Assembly (NCBI RefSeq): GCF_036365525.1
Contig: NC_090383.1
Span: 105,119,397 to 105,183,396, forward strand
From: Heterodontus francisci
Taxonomy: Eukaryota
Reading direction: 5' to 3'
Length of the DNA stretch: 64,000 nt
Below, piece by piece: positions 39,393 to 51,434 of this stretch. The notes under the pieces were generated by a model. It was given only the letters and a program-made list of their open reading frames with translations, was not told the DNA's origin and did no database searches. Each line of letters begins with the position of its first letter. Position 1 is the stretch's first letter. Both the position numbers and the translations under genes were made by a program.

Positions 39393-40419
39393 ATATGGAC
39401 ACTTATATACACACATATACTGTTCAATTCCTGCTTTCTTTTTGGATCAAACAGTATCAATTTTATTTGTAACATAAAATGCAAAAGGAAAATGTAGTGG
39501 TGCTGTGATTGATACAAGAAATGAGAGGGAAAAACCATATGTTGGTGTAATCAACATGTTGGCAGAAACACTACATTAACAATTAAGCAGCTGCCAACTT
39601 CCTCCTCTGACTAATCTGCCAATAATAGTGACAAAAAGGATAATCAGCGGAACTGAACAACAGCTTCAGCTAAAAATCCATTCTTGAACTGTAGTAGCAG
39701 ATTGACTGAAACACTATATCCACACAGGCCAAAGATCAACTCAGGAGCATTTAGAAGAGTCCATCTTCAACACAGATGGGGTTATACAAAAAACTTAATT
39801 TGTATACCATTTAAAAAGTCACATTGCCATTCAACTCTAATATCAGTATTCTGATAGATACTTGTCATAGTGAGCACCTTATCATCTAATCAGTTAAACA
39901 AGCTCATCTCTTTTAATTTGAGTACTGTATGTGGAAATAAATTCTCTATATATTTTTATATCTGCTTCCCCTCTACCTAAGATCCATTACTTGTCTTTCT
40001 CCTCCTCTCAATTCTCTTCCCTGTTGTATTTTATACCTTTTTATATTGCCCATAAAACAAAAATTGCAGCTTGATATGCAACTCATCAACAGCTGTGCCA
40101 GTGTTAGCTCCAACTGGAGTCAGCTATTCTAGTCCCAATTTGCTGCTCTGTCCCCATTTCTTATAATTAAAAAAATACATACAATTCATTTTAAATGATG
40201 TTATAGTCTTGGGTAGATTTTCAAGTTACAGCTTTGGTGTAAAGTTAGCATTGTGGATTTCCCCACCCCCATAGAAACAGTCCCATTTTCATTAATTCCA
40301 GTGGAAATCAAAATCAGGCAGTTTGTATAAATGAGCAGCCAGTTTAATCCCCAGGTGGCGAGTGGACTGAATAGTGGCTCATGGAAAAGCATTCCATGCT
40401 CTAATAGCCTTCTAATTTC

Positions 40420-41940
40420 TCCCTTTGTTCTTTGCTTTGCCCCCTTCTTCCCCGTCCCTTCCCTTCAGTACCCAACTCTCTCTCTCCTATTTTATCCATC
40501 TCACTAGCTTTCCCTATCTCCCACCCCTCCCCATCTCTTCATCCCTCTCCTTCCTCCAAACCTCTTGCCTATATTCCTATCACTGTCTCTCTGTATCCCT
40601 TCTTCCTTGTATTCCCATCTCCCCATATCCTCCCTCCTCTGAACTCATTGCCCAGTGTGTCCACTCTTCCTCCTCTGCATTACCCTCTTCCTGAAACCCC
40701 TTCACCATATCCACCTACCTCTCCACAAATCATCCCTTCATCCTCTTACACAGTATTCCATCCCCTTTCTGCACCTTCCCATTCACTTGTGCCCCCTCCT
40801 CCTCCTCCCTATCCCCACTTGTATCCAGCTCCGTAGTATCACATCACTTTTATGCTCCTCTTTCTCTCTTCTCCTGTATCTACCCAGTCACTTCTTCTCT
40901 CCTGTGTGAACCCCTCCTTTCATTCCCCTCTCCCCATCTGTCCCATCCCCATATCCCTCCCAAATTCAGATTCCCCTCTGTCCTTTCCTTCTGAATTATT
41001 TCCTATTTTCAATGTATCCTCTCCTTTTACATCCTCCTCTCACTCTGTTCCCTACCCCTTTCACTTCCTATCCCTTGTTTCCCCTATACACCTCTCCTGT
41101 ACTCCCTCTTCCCTGTACCCCTTCTTTCTTGTACTCCCTTCCATGTTTGTACCCACTCTCCCCTGTACCTCCTCTCTCCTGCACCCTCTCCCTCCTGAAA
41201 CCACTGAATCCCTTTCCGTTGTACTCCCTCTCCCCTCACCCCCTTCTCTCCTATACCCTCTCCCCTACATCCTTCTCTCCCAATTGTTCCCCTGTAACCT
41301 CCCTCTGCTGGGACCCTCTCTCCCCTCCCCGTACTCCCCTCCCTCTCCCTCTCCCCCCCCGTACCCTCTCCTCCCCCATCCCCCTCCCTCTCCCCCGTAC
41401 CCTCTCTATCCCACCCCGTACCCTCTCCCCCCTCCCTCTCCCCCTCTCCCCCCTCCCTCTCCCCCTCTCCCTCACGTGTACCCTCTCTCCCCTCCCTCTC
41501 CCCTCACCCCCTTCTCTCCTATACCCTCTCCCCTACATCCTTCTCTCCCAATTGTTCCCCTGTAACCTCCCTCTGCTGGGACCCTCTCTTCCCTCCCCGT
41601 ACTCTCCCTCTCTCCCCTCCCCATACCCTCTCCCCCCTCCCTCTCCCTCTCCCCCTCCCCCCCCCGTACCCTCTCCTTCTCCCCCATCCCTCTCCCCTCC
41701 ACCCCCGTACCCTTCTCCCCCATCCCTCTCTCCATCCCTCTCCCCCGTACCCTCTCTATCCCACCCCGAACCCTCTCCCCCTCCCTCTCCCCCTCTCCCT
41801 CACGTGTACCCTCTCTCCCCTCCCTCTCCCCCCTCCCTCTCCCCCCTCCCCCTCACCCGTACCCTCTCTCCCTCACCTGTACCCTCTCTACCCTCCCTCT
41901 CCCCCTCACCCACTCACCTGTACCCTCTCTATCACCCCCC
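40420..41940. repeat. CT-rich low-complexity tract with ~268-bp internal duplication
   Basis: caattgttcccctgtaacctccctctgctgggaccctctc occurs at 41281 and 41549. Confidence 0.85.
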
Positions 41941-43143
41941 CATACCCTCTCTGTCACCTCCCCCCCCGTACCCTCTCTGTCACCTCCCCCTCCCCGTACC
42001 CTCTCTGTCACCCTGCCCGTACCCTCTCTGTCACCCTGCCCGTACCCTCTCTGTCACCCCCCCCGTACCCTCTCTGTCACCCCCCCCCGTACCCTCTCTA
42101 TCACCCCCCCCCGTACCCTCTCTGTCACCTCCCCCTCCCCGTACCCTCTCTGTCACCCTGCCCGTACCCTCTCTGTCACCCTGCCCGTACCCTCTCTGTC
42201 ACCCCGCCCGTACCCTCTCTGTCACCCCCCCCGTACCCTCTCTGTCACCCCCCCCGTACCCTCTCTGTCACCCCCCCCGCGTACCCTCTCTATCACCCCC
42301 CCCGCGTACCCTCTCTATCACCCCCCCCGTACCCTCTCTATCACCCCCCCCGTACCCTCTCTATCACCCCCCCGTACCCTCTCTATCACCCCCCCCGTAC
42401 CCTCTCTATCACCCCCCCCGTACCCTCTCTATCACCCCCCCCGTACCCTCTCTATCACCCCCCCCGTACCCTCTCTATCACCCCCCCCCGTACCCTCTCT
42501 ATCACCCCCCCCGTACCCTCTATCACCCCCCCCGTACCCTCTCTATCACCCCCCCGTACCCTCTCTATCACCCCCCCCCCGTACCCTCTCTATCACCCCC
42601 CCCCCCGTACCCTCTCTATCACCCCCCCCCCCGTACCCTCTCTATCACCCCCCCCCCGTACCCTCTCTATCACCCCCCCCGTACCCTCTCTATCACCCCC
42701 CCCGTACCCTCTCTATCACCCCCCCGTACCCTCTCTATCACCCCCCCCGTACCCTCTCTATCACCCCCCCCCCCCGTACCCTCTCTATCACCCCCCCCCC
42801 CGTACCCTCTCTATCACCCCCCCCCCCCGTACCCTCTCTATCACCCCCCCCCCCCGTACCCTCTCTATCACCCCCCCCCCGTACCCTCTCTATCACCCCC
42901 CCCCCCGTACCCTCTCTATCACCCCCCCCCCCGTACCCTCTCTATCACCCCCCCCCCCCCCGTACCCTCTCTATCACCCCCCCCCCCCCGTACCCTCTCT
43001 ATCACCCCCCCCCCCCCGTACCCTCTCTATCACCCCCCCCCCCCGTACCCTCTCTATCACCCCCCCCCCCCCGTACCCTCTCTATCACCCCCCCCCCCCG
43101 TACCCTCTCTATCACCCCCCCCCCCCCGTACCCTCTCTATCAC
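41941..43143. repeat. Minisatellite, unit C(6-12)GTACCCTCTCT(G/A)TCA, roughly 50 copies
   Basis: Directly visible tandem array of ~21-27-bp units. Confidence 0.97.
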
Positions 43144-43229
43144 CCATTCTCTCTCTTTCCTGTACTCATTCTTCCCATATTCCAATCTCCATATATTTCC
43201 CCTTCCCCAGTATTGTGTCTCCCCCGATT

Positions 43230-44110
43230 ACCACGGTTAACCCTGTCCCTCCTGCGAAGGGCCGCCTCCTGGTGACGTTGGGCTGTCGCTTCCTGTCCGG
43301 TTGCCAGGCTCCTTGTGACGAGCGCTGCCGGGGTTAAAGTTGGCGGCGGGCCGGCTCTTCCTGTCTGAGAGCTGCTTCCAATATGGCGGCTGCGGCAGCG
43401 GCGGAGTCTGAGTCCGAGTGGCTCGTTACCCGCGACGGCTGCCTGAGCTGCGAGGAAGGCCTACGCAGCCTGGCCTACCACCCGTCCCTCAACGCCATCC
43501 TGGCCGTCACCGACCGCTCCACCGTCAAAGTAATCGACGGCACTTCGGGCGCCGTGCTGCAGGTGTCCAGGTTAAACGGTGAGTCAGTGCGGGCCGGCGA
43601 AAGGGAGGAGGAGGCCGGGCCGCCTCGGCTCGGCTCTCCGAGTCGGGGGCCACCAGGCCTGGGCTTCCACATCGCGGCTTGGGGGCCCGAGTGATCGCCA
43701 AGGGAAGGAAAGACGGGGTGGAGGCCAGTTAGAAGCCCCGGCCTGGGAGTGACAGTGGAGCCCGGGAGGGGTGTGGTGAGAATTGGGGGGAGGTGTGGGG
43801 TGAAGATTGGGGGGAGGCGGCGGCTGTGATGGGAGTAGGAAGTGTTGGACTTGGGGGATCGGGGTTTGGCCTTCGCCACGCTGGAAAGGCTGAGCCGGGC
43901 GCAGGGAAGGTACGGCTTGTTCACCGGTGAATTTAAAGCGCGATAGGCCGGAAGCTGGCCTATCCCTGTTTGGGGCCGGGAAATAATGAGGCTGCTCCGG
44001 GTGGGAGAGTGGGGAGAGGAGTGAGTGGTGTGATCACTATAAAATACATAACCCACGCTCCACTCTGGTTCACTCCCATCCCCCGCTCACACACCCGGAA
44101 CCGCTAGCCT
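43230..44110 (+). promoter_or_regulatory. BIRC6 CpG island/promoter
   Basis: CpG-rich. Two TGACG half-CREs, ETS-like cttcctg sites, and a YY1-type aATATGGCGGC overlapping the start codon. Confidence 0.75.
43383..43578 (+). CDS. BIRC6: BIRC6 (Apollon/BRUCE) coding exon 1
   Basis: MAAAAAA...SEWLVTRDGC...SLAYHPSLNAILAVT...KVIDGTSGA matches the BIRC6 N-terminus. Donor G|gtgagt, 196 nt, phase 1. Confidence 0.95.
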
Positions 44111-47034
44111 CCCTTTGCCTTTCTCTTTCCCTTCGCATTCTTGATCTTTAAAATGGCCCAAAATAGCGTGTTTTGTCTGTCATAGCGCTCATTCCTGGAA
44201 ACAAAACGTGTTGTACATCTATCATAAAATGTGCTGTACATATAAATCTGTACACGTTTGCAAATGTGGACATAATTAGTATCTACATCCTGAATGTAAA
44301 ATGTGCTCAAATGAGTCAAAATTGACCTGATCTAAAAGTGGGCTGTAATATGTTTAATTGTTATAGCTGTATGATCATGTAAGGGAAAGTTAATAAAAAA
44401 AGATTACATTTGTCTGCACATGGAGTCTGAGATTTCTGTTTGTGCTGTAATTATATTGTTAGATGAATGAAATGCCTCTGTAACAAGTTTGGTGTTCTGG
44501 TTCCTCATTGTAGCAATGTTTCATAGTAAGTGCCATTTTCAGTAACAAATTTTAGTTCAGTTCTTTGTTATCCAGTAAATCTATTTTGCTTTTTGTGATT
44601 TATGAAATTTTGGGTAAACTAATTAGAGCAAATTATTTTAGTTTGTATACCATTTCTTGAAATACAAAATTTTTAGGGATACACTTTGGATCAGTTTACA
44701 TATTTTAATGAATCAACTGACCTCAATTAATTACACAAAGGATTGGCTTTAGTTTCTAATGTACAAAAGCTGAAGTTGTGAATTTAAAAATAAGCTGTCA
44801 TATTTACAACATACCTTTTTTATTTAGTTTCAATTTAGTTTCTGCACAATGTAACAGTTTATAAAAAAAAAACTTTCATGGTAGATAATGCAAAAATGAG
44901 TAACTGTATAATTGCAGTTCCAAAAATGTCAGTAAATTAACTGAGCGATACAATTCATTGTAAAGACTTGAATTTATATAGTTTTGTTGCATTTCAAAGG
45001 AACACAAAGGTGATGAATTGCTCAAGTGCACTGACTTCTTTTCATGTTCTAGTTTTATAGTTCAGTACAGCAATACTCAATGACGCGCAGCATCAGATGT
45101 TAATACAGTTATGGTGTTTTTTTAAACAGAAACATATTGAATTAAAAGCAGATAATCACAACTGTAAAAGTATTTGACTTGTTTCATTGGGAATAATAGC
45201 CATGTTTGGTTTAGTTTATTTTCATTATCCAAGTAAATTAAGCCCAATATTTGTAAAAGTAGAACTGTTTTTCAGAGCAGTCTGTGGTTAATTGTTGGGT
45301 GAGCTGTGGATTCCTCAAAACTGTCTAGGTGGTGTGCTGTTTGGATAGTACTGTGAAAGCATATAGTCACACCAGAATAATATATAACTATCTTGTCTTG
45401 GTTTGAAAGTACCTTATATGCAAAACCTTTACAATATTTATTTGATATTTACTTTTGCCTCAAAAAGTGTTCATAAACACCCAAGCATTGGTCAAATAGC
45501 ACCTTCCTTTTGCGTGCTGAAATGTTGTTAAACATTTCTTTACCAGTCCCCTTAGTTTGAACTAAGGTTCTCTGCACTCATTTGGCCTCAGTCTATTGAG
45601 TCGATTGCTGCCAGAGTTGGTTTCTTTTAAAAGCAAGGTGATTTTTTTCCAATGCAAGAAACCTTACTCAACTAAACTTTATCAGCACTCCTCTTCCCAT
45701 TGTAATTAAGTGATCCAAAACATAGAACGTAAGTTCAAATAGTTCTTGTCATGTGGTTTGAGTAACCTTTTTAAACCATTCAGTAGTAAATAAAATGAAG
45801 GCAGTTATGTTGGGTGACTATGAATTATACGCTTTGAATTTAAAAAAAATCTTCTGACCATAGGCCTTTTGTGCTGTCGTAAATTTTTAATTAGTTCTAA
45901 GTGAATAATTAAGACGTGAGGCATTTGTATTGCTATGGAACATACCATGATTGTATACTGTAGGATAAAATGCAAGGTGTCCTTTGTGCTGTGTAATGGA
46001 TGTGACAAGAAATTCTTGTTACTGTTTGGAATCTGGTGCTATACAACTGATCATTTGGTTTTGTTACAAATGTAATAAGGGAAAAGAAAACCAACATGAA
46101 GTGAAACCAGAAAACGTCATAAGTGCACTGCAGGTCGGTCAGTATCTGTAAAAAGAAAAGATAGGTTAATGTTTGTGGTGAACGGTCAGTTATACTTGAA
46201 ATGTAAGCCTGCTTTTTCTTTTTACAAATGTTGACTGACCTATTTATTGCCAATATTTTTGTTTGTGAATGAAACAAAGCTGTCATGCTGGTGAAATAAG
46301 TTTAAAGTAACATGTATGACTGGCATTGGTTTTACGAGGGTTTGTTCTACTGTGAGAAAAGTTTGATTAAATTAATTTTGCTTCAATGTACCATATTCTG
46401 TAATTTTTAAGTTAAAGAACATTGACTTAATTACCCAATGAAACTAGGTATCTCACACTGATAGTTAATAGATGGTTTCATCTACTCTGTCTGGGGCTCT
46501 TGGTTTTTATTGATAATTATGGCACTATCTAAATGTTAGACAAAAGTGAAAGCTACTTCATCTACATGACAAAAACAAGCCTATTGTTCATAGTGGTTCA
46601 GTTTGTCTGAAAAGGAGGTAGGAAGCAATATTTCTAGTTGTTCAAATATCTCCAGCTAAATTTTATTGAATTATGCAGACTAATCTATTGATATACAATT
46701 TTTCTTTATATACTAATCCAGCTTGGGGCACAGATACACTTTATAAAGGACCTCTCCTCCAGTACATTTCTTAATGAATAAAGCACATCATGCAAGCATC
46801 TTTTCCTGTTGTTTTTCACATCACTTTTTTCCCCTCCCACTCCAGACCCTGGCTGAAGGTATTGATGCCTTGTTACATTTTGATTTTTATGATTTCACAG
46901 ATGCTGGGTGCTCTTTGCTATTTTGGAGTAGTTGTTATTCACCTATGAACTTTGACAGAACCTTGTCAGGTTATTTAATCCTGGAGCAATATGGATGAGC
47001 CTGATCCTATTTTTCAGCATGAGTCAGTGGATGG

Positions 47035-47455
47035 CCTCGGTATGTTACCATAGTGATTGTGTACTGCACTAATGATCTGGAGTCATGAGTTCAAATCCCA
47101 CCATGGCAGCTGTGGAATTTCAATCCAGTTAATTAATCTAGAATCAAAAATTAGTATCAGTAATGGTGACCATGAAACTCCTGGATTGCCATTTAAAAAA
47201 AAAAAAATTGGCTCACTATTGTAGTTTAGAGAAAGAAATCTGTCTTCCTTACCTGGTCTGGCCTAATATGTAATTCCAGACCTACGTCAATATGGTTGAT
47301 TCTTAAGTGCCCTCTGAAATGTTAGCAGGCTATTTGGTTGTGTCTAACTGCTAGGGAAATCTATTACAGAGGTTAAAGAAGGTGCTTCTTCACCCCCTTT
47401 TCAAGAGCAGTTGGGCATGGGCGATGCCCACATCCCATGAACAAATAGATAAATA
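47035..47455 (+). mobile_element. tRNA-derived SINE (same family as 21449-21830), older copy
   Basis: gagttcaaatcccaccatggcag, ccttacctggtctggcc core, gcgatgcccacatcccatgaac tail. Confidence 0.8.
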
Positions 47456-48899
47456 AAAGGCAGTCAAGAATCTGATTCCTAGCCAGTTTTTGCTTCCTAT
47501 CCCGGGGGGCACTACATTCAAATGCAGTGCAGTCCTCTTTTTGTTTTGTGCGCATGTGAACTTGTCCACTGACTACTTGGTGCAATCAGTTTGAGTCCTT
47601 TTTAGTTTATAGGGAGCTTTAACTGTACCTCAGAAACCTTGGCTGTGATGTTGGCTCTTCAGGCATGTTTATCAGTGAGCAGGAAGTGATAACTCTGCTT
47701 AGAATTCTTCCCCACACTGACCTATTTCTGACAGTTGCACTATAAGTTAAACAGAAAATTGGTAGGATGTTTTCCATTCAGCCATTTATGTCTTATGATT
47801 CAGTAAAGCACAGACCATGAATAAACTAGATGATAGTGCCCATATAGAAATCTTGAATTGCTCAAGTATGTAACCTGTTCTGCAACTTGGGCAGTTATGT
47901 TTTCTTGGCTGCTGCTCAATTAAAATATTTTGGGTGGGGTGGGAAAGTGTCTGACATGACAAGACTGGAAGCTTCCTGAATTGTACTAGCATTGCAAAAT
48001 TTCCAAAGAAAACCATTGAAGCTCTCATAGGAACACACTTTCACTTCAAAATTTCACCCACTCCCATCCACAACTCTCAAAATTTGTTGGAAATAAGATT
48101 GCCATGCTGCAAAGTCTCAGTCTGTCTGGACTGTGGAACAACCTGTTGGCCAAAGCTGTGATTCCTTGTCACTACTCAGTGACCTGAAAGCTTTCATGTG
48201 TGGATGTCTGATAAGGAGGGAACTGACTCGGCTATAATATCTTCAGTGATGGAATAACCTGGTATTTGCTGTCCAAGCTAATACGTGGGGAATGGCCACG
48301 AATGACATACGAGAGAGAGGGAGCTGCCAGCACCTGTAGAACAGAACTGTACCACTAGTGAAGAGTTAGTGTCTTCAGGAAAGAAGGGGAGAAAATTTGG
48401 GGTAAGAAACATTGCCAAATATCTCAGCCCCAAGAACTATTTCTCATTATTGCTCCTGGTCTAACTTTTCTAAATTAGATCGTGCTAGTATTGCTCTTTT
48501 TTTCTGTAAATATGTGCTGAAATACACTTTAGAAGCATTTTGATCTTTGGACAATTTCCCAGCCATTTGAAGTGTGTTACAGTACTGGGATCAGCTTTCA
48601 GGAGCTGAAGGAATGTTTATTTTCACCTGAGTTGTTAAATAGGTGACTGGGTGTCTTTCAATTGGACCCAGCATTACATTTTTCCATATGATGCTTTTGG
48701 ACTTGCTCCATAGAAGAACTATATGTTGCAACCTTTTATGGAGGGAGTACTTTTGAATTGAGAATATCTTCTTGCATCTCCCCAGAGGAGGGTTTTTTGA
48801 GGTTGAAATAATAGTGCTCTCCCTCAAGTCTTTAGCAAATCTGTGCTTTTTATATTTTATATAACAGCAGAATAGAGGATGTGAATTTTTCCTATTTTT

Positions 48900-50250
48900 A
48901 AAAAATTTGTTCATGGAATGTGGGTTTCGCTGATGAGGCCAACATTTGTTGCCTATCCCTAATTGCCCTTGAGGTGATGATGAGCTGCCTGCCTACAACC
49001 CCTGCAGTCCATGTGGTGTAAGTACACCCACAGTGTTGTTCGGTAGGGAGTTCCAGGCTTTTGATTTAGTGATGCTGCTTTGTTCTGGATGGTGTTGAGC
49101 TTCTTGAGTGTTGGAGCTGCATGTCCATGAAATGGAGTATTCCATTACACTCCTGACTTATGCCTTTGTAGATGGTGGACTTGCTTTGGGGGATCAGGAG
49201 GTGAGCTACTTACTGTAGAATTCCCAGCCTCTGACCTCTTCTTGTCACAGTATTTATGTGGCTGGTCCAGCTAAGTCTCTGGTCAATAGTGGCCCCCAGG
49301 ATGTTGATGGTGAGGGACTTGATGGTATTCCCATTGAATGTCAAGAGAAGTTGCTTAGAAGCTCTCGTTGGAGATGGTCATTACCTGACACTTGTGCTAT
49401 GCAAATGTTAATGGCCAATTATCAGCCCAAGCCTGAATGTTGTCCAGGTTTTGCTGCATGTGGGCACACATTGCTTCGCTAGCTGAGCAATTGCGAATGG
49501 TACTGAATTTTGAGCAATCATAAGTGAACATCCCCACTTCTGACCTTATGATGGAGGGTTGATGAAGCAGCTGAAGATGGTTGGGCCTAGAACACTAACC
49601 TGAGGAACTCTTGTAGCGATGTCCCGGGGCTGAGATGATTGGCCTCCAACATCCACAGCCATCTTCCTCTGTGCTAGCTGTGACTCTAACTAGTGGAAAG
49701 TTTTCCCCTTGATTCCCAGTGACTTCTTCAGTTTTACTAGGGCTCCTATATGCCACTCTTGGTCAAATGCTGCCTAGATGTCAAGGGCAATCACTCTCCC
49801 CTTACCTCTGGACTTCAGCTCTTTTGTCCATGTTGGACCAAGGCTGTAATAAGGTCTGGAGCTGAGTGGTCCTGGCAGAATGCAAACTGAATGTTGATGA
49901 GGTTGTTGGTGAGTAAGTGCTGCTTGATCGCACTGTCAACAATGCCATCACTTTGATGATTGAGAGTAGACTGGGGCAGTAATTGGCCAGATTAAATTTG
50001 TTTTGCATTTTGTAGGCAGGACATAACTGGGCAATTTTCCACTTTCAGGTATCAGTGTTGCAGATGTACTAGAACAGCTTGGATAGAGGCAAGGCTAGTT
50101 CTGGAGTACAAGTCTTCACCATAGCTGGGATGTTGTTGGGCACCATAGCTTTTGCTGTATCCAGTGTGCTGAGCCATTTCTTGATATCTGGTGGCGTGAT
50201 TCTAATTAGCTGAAATCTGTCTTCTGTGATGGTGGACCTCCAGGGGGAGG
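48900..50250 (-). mobile_element. CR1/L2-group LINE, second family, decayed and internally deleted
   Basis: Minus-strand IKKWLSTLDTAKAM.PNNIPA..KTC.PELALPLSKLF and NLANYCP.SLLSII RT-region remnants. 3' tail at ~48905-48970. Confidence 0.8.
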
Positions 50251-50662
50251 CCAAGATTTGCCGATAATATTGAGATGCTATCCTGCGCAGGGAGGTAGTG
50301 AATTAACTTGTGACACTCTCTTGATCTCTTCCTATTGGACAATGAGTGGTGGCAATTGTGGAATAACTTGCATTCCTCACTTTCCACTAGGCAAAGAGAT
50401 TCTAACTCTCCGATCAAGGAATGGTATTGGTGATGAGAGAAATAGCTACTTTACAAAGATGTTTTTAAAATTAGACCTAGTCTTAACAAGGCAATACAAT
50501 GACACTTTGGAAATGCTAGTTTTTTTTGCCTAACTGCACCTTAGTTCTCCCAAGTGAATTTGTTGAAAGTAGCAAATTCCCTCTAGTGTTTGTGGGGACT
50601 GGGATTTAATTTTCAATGCTGCACTGCTGTGGCTTATACCCTTCCCTGTTGTTTGACTCAAT

Positions 50663-51434
50663 GGGCTGCATTTTAAGACTCTGCCACTGAAGTAGGCTGT
50701 GGACGTAAAAACATTTGGCCCGCCCGCACGGGCGCTGTGTCATGGAGCCGCAGCGGCTTATTTACATGTTTGCGGTGCCCGTCGCGCCCCCCCCCCCCCC
50801 CACACAATGATGTGGACGGGGTAGGTGAGCCGCCGCAGGCAGTGGCATCCGGCGTCAATGCGCTGATGCCATTTTTAAAGGGGCTATAGCCCTCAATGCA
50901 CATTTAAAATTTTAAAGGGACAGGCAAATTTAAGTTTCCTAAAACTAAATAAAATAAACGTACCATAAAGTCTCCCATCCCCCAATGGCACATCACAACA
51001 TTCCTGCACTTTTCCCACCTGGAATACAGATATTTAAATTGGACTTTTTTTTTCTCACCCCCCTCACCTTAGGCACCCTGATCAATCGCAGCGTTTTAAC
51101 CCTGCTCCTGCTCTCCCCCTGCACAGAGAAAAAGTCCCCCTCTTTTTCCCCCCCCCGCCCCCAACCCCACAGGTGTCGCGCCACGTTTTGAAGGCGTGGC
51201 ATTGTGGACCGCCTGAATGAAGTTCGGTGCGGCAATTAAGGAGGTGATGGGACCCTCATTAAATCAGGTATGTAAATTAGTTTAAATGGTCACTGAGTGG
51301 CGGGGCGGCCACCACGAGGCTTCACCGCTGCCGCCAAGATGGGCACGGAGTCTGTCGGCGGGCCTCCGCCATACCGATCTTCGTTGCCCCCCGGCCAATG
51401 TTCCCGACAGCGGAGGGGTTTTAAAATCCAGCCC
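50663..51434. mobile_element. PIF/Harbinger-like MITE
   Basis: TIR GGGCTGCATTTTAA / TTAAAATCCAGCCC (13/14 match), 3-bp TSD AAT on both sides, non-coding GC-rich body. Confidence 0.85.

Noticed and set aside
41941-43143. CRISPR-like repeat-spacer array
   Set aside because: The 'spacers' are just poly-C runs with no unique sequence. There are no cas genes and the context is eukaryotic.
41012-43240. 742-aa extensin-like Pro-rich ORF
   Set aside because: The C-rich repeat unit has no stop codon in any plus-strand frame and unit lengths shift frame randomly. It is a translation artefact of the minisatellite.
43475-44056. 193-aa minus-strand ORF antisense to BIRC6 exon 1
   Set aside because: Typical stop-poor frame in a CpG island, with no recognisable domain.
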